Below, piece after piece: positions 39,720 through 52,160 of a stretch of DNA of 64,000 nucleotides (its first letter is position 1; each line of letters begins with the position of its first letter). Under the pieces are notes generated by a model. It saw only the letters and a list, made by a program, of their open reading frames with translations, was not told the DNA's origin and did no database searches. Source of the DNA: the human T2T-CHM13v2.0 reference genome, Homo sapiens. The position numbers and the translations under genes were made by a program. Where the stretch lies: assembly GCF_009914755.1 (NCBI RefSeq), contig NC_060935.1; one strand, 5' to 3'.

Positions 39720-41520
39720 AAAAATTCTGCCTCAAAAAAGAGAAACACCTAAAAGAGGCAGAGGCTGCCAACTCCACAGGACACACAGATTCAGAAATAT
39801 TTTTAGTTCTCATAAGCCATAAAGTAAAAGAAAAAAATTGTGACCAACCGGGCACGGAGAAGAGTATTCAAAAGGGTATTAGCTCGGTAATGAAACAAAA
39901 TTAGTTCTAGAACAAAGGCTGCTCTGCTCTGGTCCTGCATCACAAAACTTAACAGAAAGTCTTCAAGGGACCAAACTATTTTATGGTCAATTAACTACAC
40001 CTCAGAACAAAACTCAAGAATATTTGTAGGAATACAAAAATATCCAGCACTTAACAAGGTAAAATTCACTATGCCCTTCATCCAATCAAAAAATTAACAG
40101 GCATACAAAGGAGCAGGAAAATATAGCCCATAATTAGAGAGCAAAACAACACCTTTACATTACTATAATTTAAAAAAAACCTGTACATTATTCCCCCAAA
40201 AATATGTTTCACAAATGATGGAAAAATAAAGATAATTTATAGATATGAAAGCTAAAAAATCCATCACCAGGAGACCTGTAGTACAAAAATATGATTTTTT
40301 AAAGTCCTGAAGCAGAAAGAAAATGTCACCAAAAACCTATGTCAACATGAAGGCATGAAGAGCACTGAAATTAGTAAAAATGTGGGTAAATATTAACAAA
40401 GCTTTTCATATTTAAAAAGCTCTATAAATTAACTAAAGGAAAATAATAATGTATGAAGGGTTTGTGACATATGTATAAATGGTTTGTGACAATAATGTAT
40501 AAAGGGTTTGTGACATATGTTTGTGACATATAAAGGGTTATGTGAAATATGCATGACAAATGTCACACAAAGACTGGGAGGAAGAAATGAAAGTACAGTT
40601 TATAAGGTTGTTATGCTATACATAAATTGCTATATTACTTGAAAGTACATTGTAGTAAGTTAAAGATATATATTATAAACTCTAAAGCAACACCTAAATA
40701 AACTAACAAAGGATAAAATGGGTAATATAAAATTTAATTAATTCAAAAGAAAGCAGGAAAAAATGGAAAAAGAGAACAAAGAACAGATGGGGGAAATAGA
40801 AGCAAATAAGTAATACAGTGACTTAAGCTCAACCATATCAATAATCACATTAAATATAAGTGGTCTAAACATCTTAATTAAAGAATAGAGATTGGCAGAT
40901 TAGATTTTTTTAAGAAAGAGCAAACTATGCTTTCTGTAAGGAACAAACACATTAGAAGAAAAAAGGTGGAAGAAGATAAACCATGCTAATACTAATAAAA
41001 AGAATATAATCAAATATAAAGAGTGTCATTTCATAATGATAAAGAGGCCAATTAATTGAGAAGACATAGAAATCCTAAAGGTTTATACCTCTAATAACAG
41101 AGCTTCAATGTTCATGATGCAAAAACAGATAGAACTCTAAGGAGAAACAGTCAAATCCATAATTATAGTGGGATATTTCAATACTCTTCTCAATTATTGA
41201 TAGAATATGTAGGCAGCAAATCATTAAAGATGTAAAAGATTTGAATAATACTATCAAACAACTTGACTTAATTGGCATTTACAGAACACTCTAACAACTA
41301 AAAACACATAATTTTTGATGCACATGTAACATTTACCATGATCAACTATATTCTGAATTCTAAAATAAGTCAATCTGAAATAATTCAAATCATACAAAGT
41401 ATGTTCTTGAACTATATAGTACAATTAAATTAAAAATCTGAAACAAAAATACATTTAGAAAACTCCAATTTTTATAAACAAAAGAGCAGATTTCTAAATA
41501 ACCCACAAAGCAAAGGATAC
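39720..41520 (+). mobile_element. Old LINE-1 (L1M) 5'/ORF1/ORF2-endonuclease remnant; probably continues at 37120-37455 on the other side of the L1PA
   Basis: caaccatatcaataatcacattaaatataagtggtctaaac, cctctaataacagagcttcaa, ggatatttcaatactc resemble the ORF2 EN region. Confidence 0.7.
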
Positions 41521-41886
41521 ATCAAAAGGGATTCTATACTAGTGGGAGTATGATAGCATCTAAATATGCTTTTTGATTGCATTTCTATAATGACAAATGA
41601 TGCTGACCATCTTTTCATGTTCTTGTTTGCCACCTGTATATCTTCTTTGATGAATTCTAGATATAACTCCTACAACAGACATACATTTACAGATATTAAA
41701 AACTTTGCTCTTCAAAATATATTGTTCCAAAAATGAAAAGGACTGGTACATAAAATATGAAAAATTCTTACAACTCAATAAGAAAAAGATATTGAACACA
41801 AACTTTATCAAAGTGATTAGTGAAAAAATACCTTTCCAGGTCAGGGAATTATCATGTGTGAACACCATGAGATAAGAAAGATCTTG

Positions 41887-42905
41887 ATATATGTACCACA
41901 TTTTCATTATCCAGTCTATCATTGATGGGCATTTTGGTTGGTTCCGACTCTTCGCTATTGTGAACAGTGCTGCAGTAAACATATGTGTGCATGTCTTTCG
42001 AGCAGAATGCCCAGTAATGGGATTGCTGGGTCACATGGTATTTTTGGTTCTAGATCCTTGAGGATCACCACACTGTCTTCCACAATGGTTGAACTAATTT
42101 ACACTCCCACCAACAGTGTAAAAGTGTTTCCATTTCTCCACATCCTCTCCAGCATCTGTTGTTTCTTTTTAATGATTGCCATTCTAACTGGCAGGAGATG
42201 GTATCTCACTGTAGTTTTGATTTGCATTTCTCCAACGACCAGTGAGGATGAGCTTTTTTTTTCCATACAATGGAATACTATGCAGCCATAAAAAAGGATA
42301 GTTCCGGATAGTTTCTTTTTCCTTAAAATTGTCTTGGCTATTCAGGCTTTTTTTTTTGGTTCCATGTGAATTTTAATATAGGTTTTTCTAATTCTGTGAA
42401 GAATGTCATTGGTAGTTTGATAGGAATAGCACTGACTCTATAAATTGCTTTGGGCAGTATGGTCATTTTAACAATATTGATTCTTCCTATTCATGAGCAT
42501 AGAATGTTTTTCCATTTGTATCATCTCTGATTTCTTTGAGCAGTGTTTTGTAGTTCTCCTTGTAGAGACATTATCCCTACATCCTTTGCAGGGGCATGGA
42601 TGAAGCTGGAAACCATCATTCTCAGCAAACTAACACAAGAACAGAAAACCAAACACCGCATGTTCTCACTCATAAGTGAGAGTTGAACAGTGAGAACACA
42701 TGGACACAGGGCGGGGGGAACATCACACACGGGGTCCTGTTGTGGGGGGAGGGCCTAGGGGAGGGATAGCATTAGGAGAAATAGCTAATGTAGGTGACTG
42801 GTTGATGGGTGCAGCAAATCACCATGGCACGTTCATACCTATGTAACAAAACTGCACGTTCTGCACATGTACCCCAGAACTTAAAGTATAATAATTTAAA
42901 AAAAA
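41887..42905 (+). mobile_element. Twin-primed (5'-inverted) L1PA: inverted 41887-42262, forward 42263-42905, carrying a foreign insert at 42312-42579
   Basis: inverted part starts at L1 sequence immediately upstream of the forward part; TSD-like aaagatcttgatat (left) / aaagagcttgatat (right, after the Alu); sits in an L2. Confidence 0.88.
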
Positions 42906-42912
42906 GGAGCTT

Positions 42913-43348
<436 letters not shown>

Positions 43349-44399
43349 CTAGCTGTACAAACTTGGGCAACTTTCTTAAACTCTTTGTGTCTTTATTTTC
43401 AAAGACATGTAATAACACTACCAAACAAATTGACTGAATTGGCATTTACAGAACACTCCATCTAACAACTGAAAACACATAAAATGAGAATGTAGAATTA
43501 GAATATGATTTAATTCATAAGGTGGTTGGGAGGAATAAATGAGTTAGGAAATGTAAAGTGTTTAGGGCAGTCCCTGGCACATATTAAAGGATTTCCTCTA
43601 TTACTCCCACTGCAATATATAATACTCCATATCGCCTATGATGTAATGGGCTGAAGTTTAGATACCTAAGCAATGGGATTTACAAATTAAATTCTCTTTT
43701 TCTATTATTAATGAGACTGAACTCTTAGCTATCTGTAAAATGCTAACAGCAGCAACCAAATTATCCAGTGAAACAATGACAGAAAAATAACAGTCATGGC
43801 ATCGTTTTTCCTTCTCCATGATACATGAAGAGTCCTGTCTGTGCTTTGGGGCATTTCCAGTTGTCATACAGATTATTGTCATTCTAAAAAAATGGTATAC
43901 ATACAGATTATTGTTGTCATTCTAAAAAAATTGTATACATATATCTTGGACATCTACTTTTCCATTACAACGAGATTCCCGAACCATTTTTTGTAACCCA
44001 GTACATTGTTTTTTTTAAAAAAAATAATTTTAATTATGAAAATTATTTATTAAAATTATTATAAAATGATGTCATTATAAAATTACTATTATTAGGATAT
44101 ATTAGGGTAATAGAAATTACTTTTATGTAGTAATATCAGCATAATCACAATTATGCTGATTATGATTTAAAAATCTAGAATTTTAAAAATAAAAATTTAT
44201 AAAATAAAGCTCTTGTGCATCCTTGCCTGGTTTCATTCTTCTCTTCCCCAGGCCCCGTTGTCAACCATTATTCTGAATTTCACCTTTATTCCAAGAAATG
44301 TTCTGTTGTTTCTCCTGTATAGGTATGCATCCACAAACAATACTTAAAACTTTATTGTGGGTTTTAACTTTGTATAATCAGCATTGTTCCATAGGTCCT

Positions 44400-44770
44400 T
44401 GTGGTGGCTATGGGGTCACTGGCTTTAGTGAGCATAGCTGCCTGACTGCCATAGTTGCTATTCTCTGGCTTCACCCCTGCCTTGTGCTATGATTCCCACA
44501 GGCTGCTCCTAGTCCATAACTAAGGACAAAAAGTTACTAATGAAGGCCCATCCTACAACATACAGGATTCCTTTCATGAATACATTTGGTTCTGGAACTA
44601 TCAGTCTGGCTTCCCCACAGAGGTTAGCCATGCATCATGTTCTGCGAGATTTCCTCGCCTTCTGTTCTCTTCCCCTCATAGGCATTTCCTTGCCCCCACC
44701 CCCCCAATAAATCTCTTGCACATCTACTCTTGTCTTGGTGCCTGCATTATAGAGGACCAGAACTAACACA
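44400..44770 (+). mobile_element. LTR16-family (ERVL) solo LTR
   Basis: tgtggtggctatgg...aataaatctcttgcacatcta...gaggaccagaactaacaca. Confidence 0.8.
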
Positions 44771-45579
44771 GTATTTCTTTTTTCTTTTTGCAATTTGATT
44801 TCTTCACTAAGCTTTATGTTTTTGTGATTTGTTTATGTGGCTACATTTATCTCTAGTTCATTAATTTTAGCTACTATAAAGGATTCTGTTGTATGAATAT
44901 ACTGAAATTGATTTATCCTTTCTCCTTTTAATGGACATTTATGTTGTCTCCAATGTTTTCACCATTACAAGCCATGCTTTAATGAACACTTTAATACATA
45001 GGTCATAGGGTAGGCATGGCTTTACCAGCTATTGTCAATTACACTCCCAAGTCATTGTATCAAATCACACTTCTCCTAGCCATGTATGAGAATGCCCACG
45101 GTTCCACTTCCTTGCGACACTTGAAACCGTTAAACTTCATTTTGTCTGTCTCACTCGTACTAAATGATACCTCACTGTAGTTATAATTTGCATTTTTCTG
45201 AATATTACTGATATTAAGCATTTTTCATTCTGGCTGGTCTCTTTTCTCTTCAGTGATTTGCCTGATCAGATTCTTTGCTGTAAACTGTATTGTTTGTATT
45301 TATCCTCTTGTTTTAAGGAGTTCTCTGGGTATGCTGCACAATAACCTAATATCTTAATTTGTTTCAAAAATCTTCTCTCATTTTATGACACATACTTTCT
45401 AACTCTCTTAGTGGTACCTTTTGATGCAAAGAGATTTAAACATTTACTGTAGTTTATTAACATTTTCATTTATAGTATTGGTTTTCATTTTCTAAAGAAA
45501 TCTTTCTATATACCAAAGTCATACTGATATTATGCAATATTGTCTTTTAAAAACAGTTTTGTTTTGTTTTTTGTGTAGA

Positions 45580-45712
45580 TTTTTTTAAATTTTAAGTTCT
45601 GTGGTACATGTGCAAGATGTGCAGGTTTTTATAGAGGTAAACGTGTGCCATGGTGGTTTGCTGCACCTATCAACCCATGACTTAGAACTTAAGCCCAGCA
45701 TGCATTCACTAT
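45580..45712 (-). mobile_element. Short L1PA 3' terminus
   Basis: ttttaagttctgtggtacatgtgcaagatgtgcagg...ccatggtggtttgctgcacctatcaac. Confidence 0.88.
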
Positions 45713-46864
45713 TTTAATCCAAATAGAATTGATCTTAGAACACATCATAGGAAATGGTTCCAATTTCACTTTTTTTCATCAGGGTGACTGATTGTTCCCA
45801 AACCACTTCTTCAGTAATCCCTCCTTTCACCTTTGATCTGCACCATTACCTATTTAATATGTCCAGTTTCCATATATGTATGTCTTTGTACAAGCTTCTT
45901 ACTGTAAAATTGTGTTCTGTATTTTTATCTTTGTATTAATAACACATTTTTAAATTAAAAAATAATGATTCTTGGTGTCTCGTAAGTTGGGTCTCCCATT
46001 TTGATTTTCTTTTTCAAAATTGCTCTGGCCATTCTTGGTCACTTGTTCTTCCATATAAACTTTAGAATCAGCTTGTCAAGATCCATGAGAAATCTTATTG
46101 AGAACTTGAATGAAAATGATATGAATTTGTTGACTGATTTTTAGAAAATGAGGATATTTATGATTTGAAATTTCCATTATAATCCTACCTTTTTTTATTA
46201 CAATTAGTCTCTTCTTTTAGTTTTTAGTAAAGATTTATATTTTCTCCATAAAATATAATACATTTTTATTTAGATGTTGTTGTAACTTTTATATTATGTT
46301 TGCTGTTTGTGGCTAACATAAAAAGCATTAAAGATTTTTACATATTGGTCTTATATCCAGTCACTGTATTGAACTCCTATTAATCCTATTACCTCTTCTC
46401 CAGCTTCTCTTGCAATTTATACGGAACAACAATAGAATCTGAAAAATCATCACAATTTTGTTTCTTTTCACCAATACTTGTATCTTTTATAGCATTTTTG
46501 TGTCTTATTATACAGATTGGAGCCTAACATACCAAAAAAAGAAATGTTGATAGATACAACATTGGTTTATCCCAGTCTTTAGAAGAAATACATCTAACAT
46601 TTTCCCATTAAGCATCATATTTGCTCTCTGTTTCTGTTACATATCTTCAGTTTAGGAAGTTCCTGTTACTATTGCTAGTTTTCTAGGAGGTTTGGAGTCA
46701 TTGTCATTGTTTGATTTGTTTGTCTACCTCTGATATGTTTTGTCTCTGTTATCTATTAATGTGATAAATTGCATTAACAAATTTTCTAATATATTCTTGA
46801 AATAAACTCAAATGGTTTATACTGCATACTTTTCTTAAACATGTCTAGGTTCAGCTTGCTTTTT

Positions 46865-46908
46865 TGTACCCTAAAACTTAAAGTATAATAATAATAAAAT
46901 TAAAAAAA
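46865..46908 (+). mobile_element. Extremely truncated young L1PA tail (~45 bp)
   Basis: tgtaccctaaaacttaaagtataataataataaaattaaaaaaa. Confidence 0.8.
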
Positions 46909-47466
46909 GACTGTTCAATCCTGATTTATTAGTGAGATTGATCTCTAACTTTTTTTCTCCTATCTGATTTAAATACCAAGATTATACTTGATGGTTAAAA
47001 TGAACTGGAAAATCTTCTTTTTCTGTTCTCCAGAATAGTTTGCATAAACTTGGAATTAGCTGTTTTTGAAATGTTTTCTGAAATGTTTTATACAACTCGA
47101 CCTGTAAAAAGCCATCTGGGAAATATAATTTTGCCCTTTTTATTTTTTAGACAGACTTTTCACCATCCTTTTAATTTATTATGTGTATGTGTGTGTGTAT
47201 GTGTGTGTATCTCCAAGTTTTCTATTTCTTTTTGAGTATTAGTAAGGTATAGCTTTCTAGGAAATTGCTCATTTGCTTACATTCAAGTGTATTGTTATAG
47301 TTGTTTAACAGACTGTGTTATTTTTCAATCAGTGCTACATCTGTAGTATGTCCAGTTTTCTGTTTCTAATATTTTTATGTGAGCTTTCTCTCTTTTGTTC
47401 TCCTTGGTCTTGTCTAAAATATATCTATTTTATTATACTTTTCCAATAACCCAATTTTGGCCTTGA

Positions 47467-47876
<410 letters not shown>

Positions 47877-48471
47877 TATTTTTCTTTTTCTAACTTTGAG
47901 TTGCAAACTTAGCTTTGTAATTTTCGGTCTTTGTTATTTTCCAATATAATCACTGAAGACTTACTGTATTGATATAGTTGTTTGATTTGTGTTATTTTCA
48001 TTTATAGTCAAATTTTGTGTATTTTCTGATATCCATTATGCTGTATTCCCTGATCCATGAATTGTTTACAATAATTAAGTTTTTAAACCTATATTTAGAA
48101 TATGCATATGTATATATAACATATACATATATACATATTGTTAAGAACATATACATTCTTTTGGTTAATATTTGGTGTGTCTTTTTTCCATTCTTTCATT
48201 TCCAAATTTTTCCCATTTTAATACTCATGTGGTCTGTCTCTTATAAGCCACCAATTGCTCCATTTTTGTTTTAATTCAACATAGCAAACTCTGCATTAAC
48301 TGGAAACTTTGGACCATTTACGATTATTTTCTCTATATTTTGATTTATTTCTATCATTGGATTTTGTATTTCCTATTTATCTTTTGTTTTCTGTGATTAG
48401 TTTTACTTTCTTTCCCATTTTGTCATTTTTATTTATTATCTGGTTATACTCCAATAGTTAAAAGGATGCTG

Positions 48472-48890
48472 TGGCTTGGGAAATAGTGAAATAGGAAGTT
48501 ATTGTTCAATGGGTATAAAGCTTCAGATATGCTAGAAGAACAAGTTCCAGAGATCTGCTATACAAGGTAGTGCCTATAGCTAACCACACTGTATTATACA
48601 ATTAAAATGTTTGCTACAAGGGCAGATCTCACATAAAATGTTCTTACCACAAAAGAGGGGAGGGTACAAGGAAACTTTTGAAGGTGATGGATATGTTTAT
48701 TAATTGTTGTAATGTTTCATAAGTATATATACATATATGTCCAGACTCATCAAATTATATACAGTATGTGCAGTTTTTGTATATCAATTGCACCTCAATA
48801 AAGCTTTTTTTCTTGAAAAAATAAGAATGTGCAGTTTTTGTATATCAATTGCACCTCAATAAAGCTTTTTTTTCCTTGAAAAAAATAAGA
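48472..48890 (+). mobile_element. L1MA/L1MB 3' end with tandemly duplicated terminus
   Basis: gttcaatgggtataaagcttcag...aagttccagagatctgct; TSD-like gatgctgt on both sides. Confidence 0.85.
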
Positions 48891-49359
48891 TGCTGTAGAA
48901 ATTTTCTCCTAGCATTTCACATTTTTTAAACAGGATTTTTTAAATGTTTAAAGAACTACACATACCCCTTTCCCTTATATTCTGATATATTCCCAGGAAG
49001 CATTTTCACTCTGGGGGATCACTGTTTTAAAACATACAAAGTCCAACCCATCTCAACATTTATTTTTTTACTTTTATACCTACACCTTCTTTTCCAGAAT
49101 CCAATGCACCTAACATTTGTGCAGTGACTCCTAAGGACTAGGACATAATGCATTATCTCCATTAACCATGTATCACTTGTGAGAAACTGGTGCAGGCAGC
49201 TTCAGTAGCTTGCCCAAGTTCAAGCAGATATTAAGGGTTGTGACTAGCATTTGGAGCCACATCTGTCTAGGCTAATCCTAGCTGACTCCCTGGTATTTCT
49301 GCTTTCTGTCTAATTCTCAAAAGTAAATATGGGTAGAGCAAGTCCTGTTATGAACTTAC

Positions 49360-49387
49360 CTCAATGTTTGCAATATCATCAAGAGAG
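49360..49387 (-). other. Candidate 28-nt microexon
   Basis: minus strand: gctgatttttctcctcctttctgcctatgcag|CTCTCTTGATGATATTGCAAACATTGAG|gtaagt. Confidence 0.5.
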
Positions 49388-50139
49388 CTGCATAGGCAGA
49401 AAGGAGGAGAAAAATCAGCACAACCAGAAAATTGATGATATGCTACATAAGCCTTTCAAAACAAAAAACAACTCAAATCTGAGATGATCGTTGGAAAATG
49501 TATAGATATTAGATTTGCCCTTTTGCTTCTTTTAAACGAGACTGAGGAACTCAATGATGAGACACACCCAGACTTTAAGGAAGGCAACAATAAGTTTGAA
49601 ATGGAGACTGACACAGACTATTCTAGATGCTGAGCAGCTGTGCTCATTTATCAGGGTATTATTGTGCCCAGATTTCACCAGTGCCATCTCATTGCAAATT
49701 CTCCATATGAGTTTGGTCCCCTATTAGCCCCGTTGTCCTGAATGCAATGTGTTGACCTGCATGTGTTCTATTATGTTTGATTTCATTTTTTCCTTGGTTG
49801 TGTGAAATCCAATTAAAGCTACATTTCACGGCATGAAAAAAATGCTAGAGAGTAGAAGTATAAAACATTTTCAAAGCCCCTAGTTTACTATTTCCTCTAT
49901 GTCAGTCAGAGCAACCACTGCCAACAACCATTTTTAGTCCACTTCATCAGACCCACTGCATCATCCTGCGGGGAACTCACTTCCCTAGTTCAGTCTATGC
50001 AAGTCCTATATCCTCAATACCAGGGCTTGGGGACATTAGCCCTGACTCTCAGATCTGGATGTGGTTGTAGATTTTCCCTGGATATGCTCTTCTGGTGTCA
50101 ACTAGATAATTAGTCAGCAATTCAAAAAGGTGCACAGTC

Positions 50140-50463
<324 letters not shown>

Positions 50464-51171
50464 CTACTACCCCTTTTGGCATTAAGTGATGGAAGATGGG
50501 TCAATGGGTCCACTAAGGGGCAAGACCAGAGGTACCTCTCTGCTCAGAAAAAAATCCACAGAAGAAGAAATGATGTTTGTGCATGGGAAAAGATAAAATG
50601 GCAATCTTGGAAAAAGAAAACTAAAGTTTGTTGGTTGGTTTTCCCTTCTTCCTTAGAGAAATCATCGTACGACTACATTATTGAACACAGATGAGTCTTC
50701 AAATTTTGTATCAAGACAGATTCAAGTGTTGAGGTCTGAACATAATGCTGCAATTTTCCAGGCTTCATGAGCATGAGGAAGAGGCCATAAAGTCTGGTAA
50801 ATTCCCAATATCCACTTTCAGTGACAGCAACTAGCTCAATGCTCTATGTTCTGCTATTAATCAAAATCTTTACAGCAAGATTTCATGCTGTAAGACTTGT
50901 AGCAAGTTGACCATAGTAGATAAAACAATTTAAATATTTATCCAGGGCTTTGTGGTGATCACACACACAAAAATTTAACCAAGGGTCCCACATCATAATA
51001 TTTTCAGTGCTTTTTGGCATACAAAAACATGGGCAGCAGACACCAAAACAGCCCTTAAGGAACTAATACTTAGCTGGAGCCATGCAATACAAAATTATAC
51101 TCTCTGTCATCATCATACAAGTGATCTCTTTACAAATTTTTTCTCATTCAAGTTGTACACATTGTTGGGAA

Positions 51172-52160
51172 ATGTAATTAAAAGTGAAATTTTCTCCAAC
51201 CCAGTAAAACTCTATACCAAATAGGGAAAGGAAAACAATTTCTTACTGAATAAGCTTAAACTAAAATGTGGTACACATCACAGGAAATCGGCTGAAGGAT
51301 TGCAAAAACAGAAGGAAATCTCACCCCTTTATATAGTCAAGTAGGTATAACCCATTAAATACCTGTTCTTGAGATAAGTAATCACTAGTCCTCAAGTAAG
51401 ATTTGACAATACCACCTGTCACACACAGTTATCTTACATTCACTTGGTGGTTAGAGTGACCATCTGCATTAGCTAGTCGGCTTTATCAAAAGGAAATATG
51501 AATGTCTCATAGGTTTGTAACAGGAGGAAGTTTTGCAACTTGAAATGAGGCATCAGCTAAAGTTAGGCTCCTACCTTTCCACAGAAACTGGGAGATAGGG
51601 GTACTATCTTCCTTGATGATTGATTTCGAAGAGATGGATCCTGGGGCCTTGAGAAAGACATTCCTGGGTTGTAATCTTGGAGGAGAGGCTTATTTAACTT
51701 TTTAAAAGATTTCCATACATTTCAAAAAGAAGGAAAAAGAATTTAAGGTTACAAATTTTCTAAAGTAATTACTCTATAAAAGGCCAGTGAGTGGCCAGGT
51801 GCGGTGGCTCACACCTGTAATCCCAGCACTTTGGGAGGATGAGGTGGGCAGATCACGAGGTCAGGAGGTTGAGACCATCCTGGCTAACACAGTGAAACCC
51901 CATCTCTACTAAAAATACAAAAAAAATTAGCCAGGCGTGGTGGCAGGCGCCTGCAGTCCCAGCTACTCGGGAGGCTGAGGCAGGAGAATGGCATGAACCC
52001 AGGAGAGGGAGCTTGCAGTGAGCCGAGATCGCATCAATGCTTTCCAGCCTGGGCAACAGAGCTAGACTCCGTCTCAGAAAAAAAAAAAAAAAAAAGGCCA
52101 GTGAGTGAGTCTCTTCCCCTTTTTTCAACAGGGGAAATTTTTAATTTGTATTTGCCCACA
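51172..52160 (-). mobile_element. ERV1-class (MER4-group-like) solo LTR interrupted by AluY
   Basis: tgt...caca ends; cccctttatatag; ccttgagaaagacattcctggg. Confidence 0.6.
51793..52095 (+). mobile_element. AluY
   Basis: accatcctggctaacac, gagcttgcagtgag; TSD aaaaggccagtgagt. Confidence 0.97.

Noticed and set aside
44135-44160. Small hairpin atcagcataat/attatgctgat
   Set aside because: 11-bp arms in AT-rich DNA are near chance expectation.
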